64,000 bases of DNA from Eledone cirrhosa (lineage: Eukaryota): NCBI GenBank assembly GCA_964016885.1, contig OZ024753.1:21700001-21764000 (forward strand), in the 5' to 3' direction. Made by a program: the position numbers and the translations under genes. How positions within the stretch are numbered: position 1 is the first letter of the stretch; each line of letters opens with the position of its first letter. The notes under the pieces are model-generated. The model was not told the origin of the DNA and searched no databases. It saw only the letters and a list, made by a program, of their open reading frames with translations. Shown piece after piece: positions 1-12,359 of the stretch.

Positions 1-140
1 TTAAATTTCTACTACTACTATTCTATCAACTTGACCTCTTAATACTTTTCTATTGGTCAATTCAAAACCTCTTCCCAAACAGACCTATTATATTAAATCT
101 TTGTTGGTTTTTTTTTCAATAAACAAATCTCATTATTTCA

Positions 141-240
141 TCCCGCCGAGGTTTACTTTGCCTTACGGGGTCGATAAAATAAAGTACCAGTAATGCACTG
201 CGTAATTGCTGGCCTTGTGCCTAAAGTAGAAACAATTATT
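141..240 (+). mobile_element. 3' fragment of tRNA-derived SINE with Meta/MESC-like core
   Basis: cccgccgagg..actttgcctt..acggggtcgataaaataaagtaccag matches the fuller copies at 39126, 44181 and 53551. Confidence 0.75.
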
Positions 241-422
241 TATGAAGACAGCATATATATGTGAAGGTATGTATATTTCCTCTGATAGTTTGTAATATTT
301 TTACATAGATCTATATGATATACATACCAACACACACATATATCCTAGAAACGATCGTAAAATGATGAATTTTTTAATATAAGGAACTTGTTCTTTGTTT
401 TTATTCACTGTTTTTATTAATT

Positions 423-486
<64 letters not shown>

Positions 487-1318
487 ATTTTTCCATTGTC
501 TTTATTCTAAAGATTTAGCCGTGTGGGATTTTTGACCCCCCCCCCCCCCTCCCCACACACACACATGTTTGTAGCCACAACCCCAACAATTGCAACAGTT
601 TTATCTATATATTGCTAGTGAACACACTGAATATTATTAATGATTCTTGTAATGTCTTTATGACATAAAGTAACTTCTGTTTTCAATCTATATGTTCCAA
701 CTAGAATTAAGTAATATTTTCCCGTCTCTAAAGATCTTTACCCGATTTTTATAAGTTATTTTATAGTAACTGGTTGTTAGTGCAGTTATTAGTTTGCACT
801 TGAGCACCCAGAAATATATTTCCTCGGTGCTTCGTAAATTCCACAATTTGAGCTTCACAAAAAAAAAAGAAAGTTTTCTACCATTCGGAGACACCTTCCC
901 TCCTTGGGTCTTATTTCAGGGACTTGTGTCAGGATTCTCCATACTTCAAACATGGATACCAGTAATATCTTCTGGGTGGTTTGGTAGACAATTATCTCTT
1001 TGTGTATATTGTATTTTCCGCTCGATTTGTCTGATATGCTTGAGGTGTTGTATGTGGATGAAGTGTCATGGGGGGAGGGTCTTCACCAAATATGGATTTC
1101 TATGTTAGTCTATACAGAATTGTATTCTTTTTCCTCACGATTGACTCTGCTCCCTCACCCTATCTTTGAAATACCCCCAGCTAGACGTTTGCATGTTTAT
1201 TATACATAAATCCATTGTATATGCTTCCATATATGCCTCGATTGAAACATATACATACGTACACAAAAGCGTGCATAAGTAGGTACACACACACACATAC
1301 ACACACGCGCGCACGCGC

Positions 1319-1897
1319 ACATGGTGGCTGCCAACTCGTTTTCGAGTACGGCCACTACTTTATATCCATGTAGGAGAACCCCTACCGATGCGCTGAACGA
1401 GTGTGACTTTTTAGTCCAGCCAGCGGCTTGAAAACTCTGTTACAAACACTACACATGTGACAATTATTGACACATAGTGCTGGGCCCATGGTACCATGTG
1501 ACAAGTGCAGAGAGATCTCCAGATATAAAGCAATGCCTGTGCCGTGAAGCTTTTATAGTGAGCAAAGGCACTGCACAAAGCCAGTCCCACTCTCTTAACC
1601 AAGATGATATTTACCAAAAAGAAGAACAAGTCAACATCATTGGATACCATCAGGGTTGCAGGCGTTATATCAGAGTTTTCCTTCTCCTAGAATTCTGCCT
1701 TGACAAAGGCTAAGAGGTCATCTCTCCCGGTTATTTTGGATGGCCATTGACTCTTTGCCCTTTGACAGGTTTTGTTTTTAGTACTGCAGGATGTCCAAAG
1801 TCACCCTCATCACCAAGCAACCTTGGTGGGGTTGCCAGTTTAGTCGCCAACGACCCGACCATGAGACAGGTTGTACTGGGATACATGTTACCAGTAG
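1319..1897 (-). mobile_element. Non-autonomous RTE-derived element (5' UTR-like part plus 3' end), copy 1
   Basis: Near-identical to 46759-47350 with the same left end against a CA-rich tract; minus strand has an RTE-5'UTR-like aggcagaattctaggagaaggaaaactctga motif; no coding capacity. Confidence 0.55.
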
Positions 1898-1989
1898 TAC
1901 ATACATACATACATACATACATACATACATACATACATACATACATACATACATACATACATACATACATACATACATACATACACATA

Positions 1990-2220
1990 TATATTGTTAT
2001 ACTTGGGGAGGATGATATTGCTGTAATAATATTGCCAGAAATAATAACAGAACACACTCCCTGTTTGGTTGGTTTACGCTTCTGTATCCTTTATATCTCC
2101 ACAGTTAATTCATTTGGTCCTCAATGTTTACCATTGACTGACCAACGGTCAAAAATACAGATATAATATAGATATAAACACATATATATATATTCTAACA
2201 AAGTTCTTTCGTTGCACATG
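1990..2220 (-). mobile_element. PLE pLTR-end fragment (attgttatacttggggagg family)
   Basis: Shares its terminus and an internal block with 41275-41415; the terminus also matches 16969 and 39652; truncated inside the hammerhead (ttctttcgttgcac). Confidence 0.55.
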
Positions 2221-2266
2221 AGCTATATATATATATATATAAATGCATACACACACATATATATAT

Positions 2267-2358
<92 letters not shown>

Positions 2359-2361
<3 letters not shown>

Positions 2362-2775
2362 AACAAAAGATGGTTAAAAGAGTTCCATGTATTTTATTAT
2401 GCGCATTTCAAAAACAAATATCATCATGCAATAATATTTGTGTTTTCATCAGATAAAACAGGAAGACATGATATGAAGGTTAAAAAACACTTGTGGATAG
2501 TTCAGTTTTAAATCAACATATGTTGATTTAAAACTGAACTATCCACAAGTGTTTTTTAACCTTCATATCATGTCTTCCTGTTTTATCTGATGAAAACACA
2601 AATATTATTGCATGATGATATTTGTTTTTGAAATGCGCATAATAAAATACATGGAACTCTTTTAACCATCTTTTGTTCTTATATATTATGTATACTCCAG
2701 TCCTACAAACTGTAGAGTGCTTCTTATCCGATATCTGCATTGCTTTATTGTACTACAATAAAACTCACCTCCTAC
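2359..2775 (+). mobile_element. Palindromic hammerhead-bearing PLE-derived mini-element
   Basis: Perfect inverted repeat 2359-2519/2520-2680 with no spacer, then a ~90-nt unpaired tail; flanked by (TA)n. Confidence 0.8.
2581..2647 (+). ncRNA. Type I minimal hammerhead ribozyme (mirror copy at 2392-2458, minus)
   Basis: Stem I ttttat/ataaaa; core CTGATGA; stem II caaatatta/tgatatttg; GAAA; palindromic stem III loop TGCGCA; cleavage site UA. Confidence 0.85.
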
Positions 2776-3016
2776 ATATATATATATAGTTTGGTCAACA
2801 TGATTCCGATGGTCCTATGGTCACGGTTTGGTGGTATATGTTGATCCCGAGTAAAATCAGAGGTAACCACAGTTCATGGTTCGAATGAAAGAGTTCGTTC
2901 GGTTGAAGTTATTTATATATTAGACAATCTACTAACGTATTGACTGCTTTTCTTAATTGTGGTTAGCCCCTATTTTAGTCGGGATCTCGCTCTCTATCTG
3001 TATATATATATATATA

Positions 3017-3216
3017 TAGGAAAAAGTATGACCCCGACGGCAGTGCTCAAGCCGTTTCGACGGCTATTTCTGGACTCGTCCAGAAATAGCCGTCGAAACG
3101 GCTTGAGCTCTGCCGTCAGGGTCATACTTTTTCCTATTACCCACTCTACTACCCTAAGTATTGAGTACTCTGGTGCGTTATGGTCCATCTGGTTCCTTAC
3201 CACAATTCCTTCGTTA
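3017..3216 (+). mobile_element. 200-bp palindromic mini-insertion of a Naiad-type PLE terminus
   Basis: Inverted repeat 3017-3075/3078-3136 plus tail 3137-3216; homologous to the pLTR end and tail at 30040-30178, with the same arm start and tail end. Confidence 0.85.
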
Positions 3217-3264
3217 TATATATATATATACACATATGTAATAAACAACATAAGACAATTATTC

Positions 3265-3331
3265 CATTTACCAAAGGTTTCACGAAGACAGACGAGCCCA
3301 ATAGTGACGTCTGAAATCGTTCATCAGGATT
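3265..3331 (-). ncRNA. Hammerhead ribozyme-like motif, stem I degenerate
   Basis: Minus strand: CTGATGA, stem II acga...tcgt, GAAA, stem III cc-ttt-gg, UA; stem I pairs poorly. Confidence 0.55.
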
Positions 3332-3432
3332 AACATTTAATATGGACGTCTTATGTTGTTTATTACATAATTATATAGCTCTGTAGCATACATAGAGCAC
3401 TCTCCTTTCCTTTACCCTTCCTACGGAAACAC

Positions 3433-3510
<78 letters not shown>

Positions 3511-3559
3511 ATATATAGAGAGAAACACACAGATACATGCGGACACATACATATACATG

Positions 3560-4191
3560 AATATATCCACACATATCCCTGAGTTAGTGGTGCCAACCTC
3601 AACCGATGTTGCTCTATGAATAACTGGGACAAAACAATCCGAATGAATTAGACTGATTCAGTATCAGAGCTATATAGTACATTATGAAGAGAGAAGTAAC
3701 ATTAGATATAATTAGTAATAAGATATATCATACCTAGCTGGTTCTTCAGTCCCCGACTACGTAGTTTCGTGGCATATTATGCAAAAACACTAGATCATAG
3801 AGATATAGAGTTTTTGTGAGGTTCTGCCGACTTATCAAGGGGATACCTCATTAAGGATTTCTAAACACGTCTGCAATGCGCGAGATAGAATCTCGAAAAG
3901 GCGGAGGGAGAGTCAATCAACCTGAGTCAGTCAACCCTGAAAAAAATACCACGGAGGCGGAGGGAGTATTCATATCATAGATTCTATCTCGCGCATTGCA
4001 GACGTGTTTTGAAATCCTTAATGAGGTATCCTCTTGATAAGTCGGCAGAACCTCACAAAAACTCTATATCTCTATGATCTAGTGTTTTTGCATAATATGC
4101 CACGAAACTACGTAGTCGGGGACTGAAGAACCAGCTAGGTATGATATATCTTATTACTAATTATATCTAATGTTACTTCTCTCTTCATAAT

Positions 4192-4200
<9 letters not shown>
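3560..4200 (-). mobile_element. Palindromic hammerhead-bearing PLE-derived element
   Basis: Inverted repeat 3672-3893/3979-4200 with an 85-nt spacer; unpaired tail on the left (about 3560-3671, boundary approximate); (TA)n flanks. Confidence 0.75.
4029..4122 (+). ncRNA. Hammerhead ribozyme, U3-A8 core variant with long stem II (mirror copy 3750-3843, minus)
   Basis: Stem I tcc(c/t)c/gggga; core TTGATAA; stem II gt(c)ggca/tgccac extended by caaaaac/gtttttg; GAAA; palindrome CTACGTAG; GUC cleavage triplet. Confidence 0.8.
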
Positions 4201-4239
<39 letters not shown>

Positions 4240-4859
4240 ATTAGTATATTTACCAACATATGCGTACAGATGTACACTAATGCTAGCAAATACATAAGTT
4301 ATGTCATAGTACCTAGGTGGTTCTATGCAGGGGGATGCAGAACAATTTTTAAAATTTTCTTATTTTACGTCTTTCATATATATATATATATATGTGAAGA
4401 ATCATGTATAGAACGGTTGTATCAGTGATTATAAGACATGAATTAGAATCTTTATCGTATCTTCTCCCCGAGGAACCAGAGCTATAAAATGGTGGTCATT
4501 AACAGTTATTTATACGAAAGAATTTGCGAGAATATCTTGTATTTATGTATTTTTATCATTAAGTATAATTTTTCTCTGTTCGCTTTCTGGTAAAGCGATA
4601 ATATGCTTTAAGTCTTCATTCAAGTTTTGCGCTACCGAGGAATACTATATATAGTTAGAGTATACTTTAAAATTCTCTTCCCTTGTCCCTTGATGAAAGT
4701 AGGATTATATGGAACATTAACCCCACAAGATACGTTTTATTAGCGATTTTATTCAATGTTTAACTATAAAGGTTGCGCCGTTTCCCCAATAAAAGCCTGT
4801 AACTGTTTAAATAGCTATATAGTTTAGTTTGCTTAACGCACATACACACACATATATAT

Positions 4860-4911
<52 letters not shown>

Positions 4912-4981
4912 ATATGTACACACACACACACACACACATATATATGTACACACGCACACATATGTACACACACACATATGT

Positions 4982-5015
<34 letters not shown>

Positions 5016-6214
5016 GTGTACACACGCACACGTATATGTACACACACACACAGACACACAGACACACACACACACATATATATATATAAAGTAGAAAAAG
5101 TCAGAGCCCGACGGCTGAGTTCCTGCCCTTTCGACAGCTATATAACACTTAGTACCTACTTACCTACCTTTCTAAGGAGCAGAACACATGTGGGTGTGAG
5201 TATATATGTGTGTGTGCATATATGTAGTGTGTGTCTGTGTGTATGTTTCTCTGTGTGTGTGTATATATATATAAACACACATGCGTGTATTTATGTGTAT
5301 ATATATATTTATGTGTATGACTTACTGTTTTGGATATATGTCTCCCCGTGGTCAGGGCGTGAGTTCTATTCCCTGGGGTGTGTCGGTCAGCATTACATTG
5401 TTTTCCCGCTTCTCTCCATTCAACTTGTAAAATGAAAGCGTCTTATCTGTAGATCAAACAACCAGTTGGATGGGTTTTATCACGCATATTTTTTCTATTT
5501 CTTTAGTAGCGATTCTACATCCATGTTTGTATTAGAGTTATGCCTCTTGGTTATAGGATAGTTGAACACGTCATTAAGCTATTCATAAAACAAATGAGAA
5601 CGTTCAACGATCTGAAGCAGAATCTCATAAAACCACCGAAATATACAGACTCTAATGTTAAGAAGGAAGGTTAGGGAGGTAGATCACAGAACCTACTGCA
5701 GATAAGTCATGTGATATATAAATGTCACTGCAAACACCAAAGTTGTGAGATTGAATATAAACATTGTTAGATCAGTCACACAACGACCACACTTTTCTCT
5801 TCGTTAACTATGCACTTACAACAGCGAGACATTACAAAGCATTTCCACACATTCCATACAAATTAAAATAGAACTACATTGGTACATAATAGTAGAATTT
5901 CATACATGTATGTACACACACACACATATATATACATGTGTGTATGTATATCTATATATATATATATATATATATATACGTGTGTATGTATATATATACA
6001 CGTATATACATATATACACGCGTGTATGTATATATATACACGTATATACATATATATACATGTATATATATATATACACGTATATACATATATATTCATG
6101 TATATATATATATATTATATATAAGTATGTGTATATATATATATACACACACACATATATATGTATATATATATGTATATATATATATATATATATATAA
6201 ATATATATATGTAT

Positions 6215-6433
6215 ATGACTCCAGTTCCCCAGTGAATTAACAACCCAACAAGGAACTGGGCATATCAGAGTATTGACAATATCATACACCTAAACAACAT
6301 ATGTACTTGTCTATACCATACTAATTCAAACTGCCTGAAGAGGTCACAGCCAAAGATGGCTGTCACTGAAATATATATAGCAGTAATAAACGAAGCTAAA
6401 TTTTAATCATTTGACTTTTATTTAACTTTATTT

Positions 6434-6435
<2 letters not shown>
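6215..6435 (+). mobile_element. Solo 3' pLTR fragment of the Naiad-type PLE at 31.2-37.6 kb
   Basis: Highly similar to 37424-37644 with the same 3' end in (TA)n. Confidence 0.85.
6331..6383 (+). ncRNA. Type I minimal hammerhead ribozyme
   Basis: Stem I ctgc/gcag; CTGAAGA; stem II gtcacagcc/ggctgtcac (one mismatch); GAAA; palindrome TATATA; UA; AATAAA follows. Confidence 0.8.
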
Positions 6436-6518
<83 letters not shown>

Positions 6519-6585
6519 GTATATATATATATATGTATATATATATATGTATATATATATGTGTATATATATATATGTATATATA

Positions 6586-6651
<66 letters not shown>

Positions 6652-6682
6652 CGTATATATATATATGTATATATATAGAGAG

Positions 6683-6720
<38 letters not shown>

Positions 6721-6727
<7 letters not shown>

Positions 6728-7150
6728 TAAGAGGAATTCCAACTTTGTCTGATTTATTCGTTTTATTTACAATCCTTTAAAATTTATAATGGTATTATAA
6801 TGAAATAGTATGATAGAATATTAAATTCTAAGTGTTAATTGAACAAGTACTTTCATGCTTTCGCAATCTTCAGGTTCATAATATGTGGTGACAGTCAAGT
6901 TTACAATTTTCAACAGTTGAAAATTGCAAACTTGACTGTCACCACATATTATGAACCTGAAGATTGCGAAAGCATGAAAGTACTTGTTCAATTAACACTT
7001 AGAATTTAATATTCTATCATACTATTTCATTATAATACCATTATAAATTTTAAAAGATTGTAAATAAAACGAGTAAATCAGACAAAGTTGGAATTCCTCT
7101 TATTAATATAATCTTCTATACACAATCATACACACCCGTGTATATTTACC
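6721..7150 (+). mobile_element. Palindromic hammerhead-bearing PLE-derived mini-element
   Basis: Near-perfect inverted repeat centred on 6915 (arms about 194 bp) plus a ~40-nt tail; (TA)n flanks. Confidence 0.8.
6952..6990 (+). ncRNA. Type I minimal hammerhead ribozyme (mirror copy 6840-6878, minus)
   Basis: Stem I tgaac/gttca; CTGAAGA; stem II tgc-GAAA-gca; GAAA; palindromic GTAC loop; UU site. Confidence 0.85.
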
Positions 7151-7165
7151 TATCTATCTATATAT

Positions 7166-7390
7166 AAGGAGGAGAGGAAAGGAGTACAAGCTCTTCGTAC
7201 TCCTGGAGATGAGGGTTGCACATTTTTTTCGGGGGTATGTGTTACCCATATAAACTGTCTCCCTCTATTGGGGAAAATCGACTAACTTTTAAATTCCATC
7301 TGTGATAACATTTTACACGTTTTTATTGTATGTAAACTTCCCCCTTTGTATTTGTCCCCTTCTTTTGTGCCCCTGTGGCTAATAAAGAAA
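7166..7390 (+). mobile_element. 5'-truncated 3' UTR of a Tx1-like LINE
   Basis: Homologous to 12360-12608 (ctcctg..gggttgcaca.ttttttcggggg..gtggc.aataaa.gaaa) and ends in (TA)n. Confidence 0.7.
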
Positions 7391-7537
7391 TATATCTATA
7401 TATATATAACAACACAAACAAACAAAATTTCTCCTTCGCCGAGACGACAAGGAAAACCCTCGACTATCTGCCAGTAGATATAACCAAAGCGAAGGAGCTA
7501 CTGGCAGATGCGAAAAAATATATAGTGTACGGAGAAA

Positions 7538-8800
7538 ATGGTTCATTCACAATCCATTCCCCCCCCGGAACTAAAAAGCCAGAGACTCCTAAACACGGTC
7601 ATGTTTAGGACAATCTCGAACAAAAGTAAAAAACCAGCTCAACCATCACAGAGTGAGATAGAGCTGGTTTTAAAAGACGTCATGAAGGACATCACCTTCA
7701 TTCAGAAGGATAGACTCTACGGGAGTCTATCCATTCTCATGAAGGACAGGGACACAGCAGTGAAACTGTCCATCAAACCAATCACATCCACCGCATACAC
7801 CTTCTACCCTACGTACATGGGTAGAAGAACACAAAAAATAAAAATCCACACCATCCTGCCGATTATGGACATATGGTGGGTTTTGACAGGTTTTCTGGAC
7901 CTGGAGGATGACATGCTGGTGTCCATGGGAAAGGCATCGGGTGACGCGTTCAGTGGAACGAGCCTCGAACTTGTAGTTCAAATGAGGCCCGAAAGGATCG
8001 CCCAGATCCCCGAACGCGTCATACTGGATGATCTAACCTTCATCAACATTACCGTTGAGGGTAGACGGCCCTCATGTTACCTCTGCGGAACCAGAGGTCA
8101 CCTGAGGGCTGTCTGTCCCCAACTTAATAAGAAAACCCCAATCCTGCCTACACCACCAACAACTGCACAACCAACACAATCACCACAACTACCACTACAA
8201 AAACAACCACCACAGCTCAAACCAAAACAAAACAATGTCCAACCCATCCCCTCCACTCAAAAAACAAAAACAATTTCCAAAACACCCGTACCGCAAACAC
8301 AACCCGAAAATATACCCCTCCCCTCCAACGCGGAAGACGACCCTAGTTCGTCGTCAGACGAGGAAGAGCACTTCCACACAATCAAAAGAAAAAAAAGAAA
8401 ACACACCTCAGACACACAAATGAAAACAACCCCTCCCCAAAACATAACACTGACACCAACACAAAAGAGCTCACAACAACAGCAAACAAAAAACACCACA
8501 CAAAAACAAAAACATGCATACACATACATAAACACAAAAAACAAAAAACTGTTAAACATTGTGTACAACAACAATCTAGTAAAAACACAAGGGCCTAACT
8601 TCACCCAGGCAGGGGATTTCCCCCACCTCAAAATGATTAAGGCCCCACAGGACACCTATAAAACTTTAAAAAACAATTTTAAAGAGGACGTGGGTCCCCC
8701 CTGCGTCGGGCCCATTAACCGCGTCCTCCTAAAAAAACTATCCCACCCCCTCCGCAAACACCCACACAACTCCAAGCTCCCCAACCACACAACACACTGA
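7538..8800 (+). CDS. Tx1-like ORF1 (gag-like, CCHC zinc knuckle)
   Basis: CYLCGTRGHLRAVC knuckle followed by a Pro/Gln/Thr-rich tail; the true N-terminus is probably in the upstream frame (SFAETTRK...) joined by an indel at the C-run near 7559-7567. Confidence 0.75.
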   Translation: MVHSQSIPPPELKSQRLLNTVMFRTISNKSKKPAQPSQSEIELVLKDVMKDITFIQKDRLYGSLSILMKDRDTAVKLSIKPITSTAYTFYPTYMGRRTQKIKIHTILPIMDIWWVLTGFLDLEDDMLVSMGKASGDAFSGTSLELVVQMRPERIAQIPERVILDDLTFINITVEGRRPSCYLCGTRGHLRAVCPQLNKKTPILPTPPTTAQPTQSPQLPLQKQPPQLKPKQNNVQPIPSTQKTKTISKTPVPQTQPENIPLPSNAEDDPSSSSDEEEHFHTIKRKKRKHTSDTQMKTTPPQNITLTPTQKSSQQQQTKNTTQKQKHAYTYINTKNKKLLNIVYNNNLVKTQGPNFTQAGDFPHLKMIKAPQDTYKTLKNNFKEDVGPPCVGPINRVLLKKLSHPLRKHPHNSKLPNHTTH

Positions 8801-8921
8801 TGCCCCTACACTTCCACAAACCACCACCCCACCCAACAACCCATCCCCCACCCTAATGGAAATTGTGCAGCCCGATATCCGGGACGCAGAGAGGTAAGTG
8901 CCTTTTCTCTTCACCACCAAC

Positions 8922-11900
8922 ATGGCTATGCTAAGAGTAGGCTGTTTAAATGCGCGTGGCCTGGGCTCAACTTGGAAGCAAGCAATGCTTCTAAATGACC
9001 TCAGGTCACAACGTATAGATGTGATGGTTATTTGCGAGGCCCGGATCAGCAACGTGCGACAGCTGGCCCCCACCTTTGATGACTTTGAGATGCACGCATC
9101 TCTCTGTCAGCCCGGAGGTGGGGGTGGAGTTGTCGTTCTGCTGCAAAAACATCTGGGTCTCGCAACACAGATGGTACATTTGGACCCGGAGGGTCGACTA
9201 GTGGTTCTGGACCTTGGCAGTGGTAAAGGCGGAGCGTTTAGGTTGGTAGCCGCCTACGGCCCTTTCGGGTCAATGCGGCCGGACTTCTTCCATCGTCTGG
9301 AGACTTTTCTAGGGATGTCCCGCTCCTTGCTATTAGTGGGGGACTGGAATGGTATCCTAGATGCACGCTGGGACTACGTAGGGGCCTGTCCCGATAGAGA
9401 GGGGTGTAATAGCCTCAAAGGGTTAATCGGTCGATTTGACCTGGCCGATAGATATCGACTAGATTTTCCGACTGCGCCAACCTGGACTTGGGCAAATCGT
9501 AGCGGAACATCTAGGTCGTACCTAGATAGGTTCTTAGTTAGAATTAAGGATAAGGACTTTTTAAGTTGTCCAAAAATGCGCATGGTTGGCTATTCAGACC
9601 ACAAATTAGTGACCTGCATGGTCAACCTTGACAGAACTCATAGACAGGGACCCGGTTACTGGAAGCTCAACTTGTCCTTACCGGCAAGTAAGGCTTACAG
9701 GAACCGGATTAGCACTTTAGTTAAGGAGCGGTTGACGGGCGCCATCGTCAACAGCAGGTGGTGGGGATCTCTCAAAAGAGAGATTAGAGTAGTCTCTATA
9801 GAATTTAGTAAGGAGTTAGCCTCCAATAGAAATAGGAAGGAAAGGGAGTTGGTAGATAGTGTAGAAGAGGCAATTAGAAGCGGCGACGTGGCCAGAGTGC
9901 TAGCGTCGAGAACGGCCCTGGGCCAGTTCTTCGACGCGAAACACGAAGGCTGCATCGTCCGAAGCAAAATACGTGCTCTGGGAAACGAGGGGACCAAAGC
10001 TGTTAGCTGGGCCCGCGTGACAGAAGCCAAAAGAGGGAGCAGATCCACTATCCGGTCTTTGCGAGACCAGGATGGACGGGTGATCCTTGAACCTAAGCAG
10101 ATGTGCGAGGCTTTTCAAAATCACTTTGCCGAATTGTTCGGAAGGGGCGGGGGGCCGGTTGGGGACGTGGACTTCGGTCCATACCTCGACGGCCTGCCGC
10201 GTCTCTCGGACAGGGAGGCGAAGTCCTGCGAGGAGCCGATTTCAGCCGCTGAGATAGAGGACGTGCTGAGCCAATGCGGCAAACGCAAATCCCCGGGTCT
10301 CGATGGTCTTCCATACGAACTATATCTAGCTATGCCGGACTTGTTCCCCGAACTCCTCGAGGCGGTCTACTGCAACTGGCGACAGAACGGGAGAATTCCC
10401 TGTGCTGTGACCAAGGGCGTAGTCACGCTAGTGAGGAAGGACGAGAACAAGGGGGACGATATAAATAATTTCAGGCCCATAACTCTGCTAAATACAGAGT
10501 TACAGATTTTGGCCAAGGTGCTAGCAAAGAGGTTGGCGCTTGTCGTGGGCAACCTGGTGGGAGATGCGCAGACATGTGCTATCCCGTCCAGGTCCATCCA
10601 CGATAACCTCCACCTCATGCGATACATCATAGAGAGGGTTGGGAACGAACCCGGCTTTGGTGGGGCCCTGATCAACTTGGATCAATCTAAGGCATTCGAT
10701 AGGGTCGACCATGGTTACCTGGATGCGGTGCTAGCGGCGGCAGGCTTCGGACCCGTTTTCAGGGGCTGGATCAATGCCATGCACAGCAGCCGCATCTGCT
10801 CTATGGTCAAGGTGAACGGCTACCTCTCGGAGCCGTTCGAAATCGCGCGGTCCATCCGACAGGGGTGCCCTCTCTCCTCCCTTCTGTATGTAGTGACTCT
10901 AGAGCCACTGCTGCGGAAGTTGGAGTTGTTGCAGGGCATCCCGTTGGAACCGGGATTGCGGAAAGCGGTGTCAGCCTACGCCGATGACGTAATAGTAATG
11001 GTGTCGACGGCCTCGGAAATCGGGGCGATCGGCACCTTACTGGAGGAGTACGAAAGGTTTACAGGGGCTAAGCTGAACCGGGACAAGTCGATCGGTCTGC
11101 AACTCGGCACGTGGAGGGGCAGATCGATGCCCTCCGATGGCGTCGTCGGGCGCTGGACGGAGGGCCCGGTGAAATTGCTCGGGGTCTGGTTCGGACCAGA
11201 CCTCCAGGTGGAGAAGAACTGGGGTGAGGTGACGAGAAGGGTGTTTGCACTGACCCAGAAGTGGGCCGAGTGCAAACTGTCCCTGAAAGGTCGGGCGGAG
11301 GTGGCGAACACTTATATAGCGTCCGTCATCTACTACCGCCTGACCGTGGTGCTTTGCCCAAGGGAAACGCTCGCCAAAATGGAGCGCGCACTCTTCCAAT
11401 TCCTTTGGAAGAAGCGGGCTCCTATGGTGAGGAGATCCATCTGCTGTCAACACCCTTCGAAAGGAGGGCTGGGAATGCCGTGGCTGATGATACGTAAACA
11501 CGCATTAAGGCTACGGCACCTTCAGGTATTCCTCTCCCGTCAACCGGTGTGGGCCCCGTTTGTGAGGCGAGCCTTTCCCCGACTCGTCTCACTCACCGAG
11601 CTGCAATCCTGGGTCAAGCAAAGACCGAGAAAACTGGGCGCCTGGCACACCGAGTGTGCCCAGGCGCTCACGGCTCTCTGGCAGGCGGACCCGGCTGTCA
11701 GTGGAGAATCCACCTCGTCATTCTATAGAGGGCTGGTGGTTAGCAGGTGCGACGACGCCCTCGGAGAAGCCCTAGGCATGGAGGAAGACGAATTGGCCAA
11801 CCTGTTCGGTAGGACATTCAGCCCGGGACCCATGGATAACTTCCAGAGGTCCCTGGCCTGGCAATGCTACAGAAGGGCTCTGCCCGTTCGAGAAAGGCTC

Positions 11901-12359
11901 TACAGACACGGGCGCCCGGGTAGGGACCCTTCGAAAAAGGTCTGTCCCAGATGCGTGTGCGACGAGGAAACCGTTGCACACGCATTGGTACACTGCTCGG
12001 GCATTGCCGATCTGTGGGGCTATGTCGAACAACTGCTGTCAAGGGTGGGACCGATCCGCTTGACCACCGAGTCTATTGTAACGATCAAGCCGCCTCCCCT
12101 CTTCAAAAACGAAGGAGAGGCGGTGTTTCTGTGCGTAATAGCCATGGCGAAAGAGGTTGTATGGTGGACGCGTCTGAAAGGACTGAGGTCAGACACCTTT
12201 CTCTCTGGCCAACAATTGGTCCGTTTCTTCCGATATCATTTCGGAAGAAGGATCAGGATGGAGAGAGAGGTGTTGCACCCCAACCGTTTCTATGAAAGAT
12301 GGGTGAAAGTGGCGAGAATGGCCCGTGTGAATGGGCCTTCACTCTACATCAGACTATAG
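8922..12359 (+). CDS. ORF2: APE endonuclease + reverse transcriptase + C-terminal zinc finger
   Basis: LNARGL, GDWN, SYLDR, SDH (APE); [34 protein letters not shown] (RT); CPRC..ET..HAL..C; uninterrupted frame; first ATG at 8922. Confidence 0.95.
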   Translation: MAMLRVGCLNARGLGSTWKQAMLLNDLRSQRIDVMVICEARISNVRQLAPTFDDFEMHASLCQPGGGGGVVVLLQKHLGLATQMVHLDPEGRLVVLDLGSGKGGAFRLVAAYGPFGSMRPDFFHRLETFLGMSRSLLLVGDWNGILDARWDYVGACPDREGCNSLKGLIGRFDLADRYRLDFPTAPTWTWANRSGTSRSYLDRFLVRIKDKDFLSCPKMRMVGYSDHKLVTCMVNLDRTHRQGPGYWKLNLSLPASKAYRNRISTLVKERLTGAIVNSRWWGSLKREIRVVSIEFSKELASNRNRKERELVDSVEEAIRSGDVARVLASRTALGQFFDAKHEGCIVRSKIRALGNEGTKAVSWARVTEAKRGSRSTIRSLRDQDGRVILEPKQMCEAFQNHFAELFGRGGGPVGDVDFGPYLDGLPRLSDREAKSCEEPISAAEIEDVLSQCGKRKSPGLDGLPYELYLAMPDLFPELLEAVYCNWRQNGRIPCAVTKGVVTLVRKDENKGDDINNFRPITLLNTELQILAKVLAKRLALVVGNLVGDAQTCAIPSRSIHDNLHLMRYIIERVGNEPGFGGALINLDQSKAFDRVDHGYLDAVLAAAGFGPVFRGWINAMHSSRICSMVKVNGYLSEPFEIARSIRQGCPLSSLLYVVTLEPLLRKLELLQGIPLEPGLRKAVSAYADDVIVMVSTASEIGAIGTLLEEYERFTGAKLNRDKSIGLQLGTWRGRSMPSDGVVGRWTEGPVKLLGVWFGPDLQVEKNWGEVTRRVFALTQKWAECKLSLKGRAEVANTYIASVIYYRLTVVLCPRETLAKMERALFQFLWKKRAPMVRRSICCQHPSKGGLGMPWLMIRKHALRLRHLQVFLSRQPVWAPFVRRAFPRLVSLTELQSWVKQRPRKLGAWHTECAQALTALWQADPAVSGESTSSFYRGLVVSRCDDALGEALGMEEDELANLFGRTFSPGPMDNFQRSLAWQCYRRALPVRERLYRHGRPGRDPSKKVCPRCVCDEETVAHALVHCSGIADLWGYVEQLLSRVGPIRLTTESIVTIKPPPLFKNEGEAVFLCVIAMAKEVVWWTRLKGLRSDTFLSGQQLVRFFRYHFGRRIRMEREVLHPNRFYERWVKVARMARVNGPSLYIRL

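Noticed and set aside
4760-6752. Many YI/HT/CV-repeat ORFs here and throughout the ORF track
   Set aside because: They are translations of (TA)n, (CA)n and (TG)n microsatellites, not genes.
2359-7150. MITE or foldback DNA-transposon interpretation of the palindromes
   Set aside because: One-sided tails, embedded hammerheads and direct homology of 3017-3216 to a PLE terminus point to retroelement origin.
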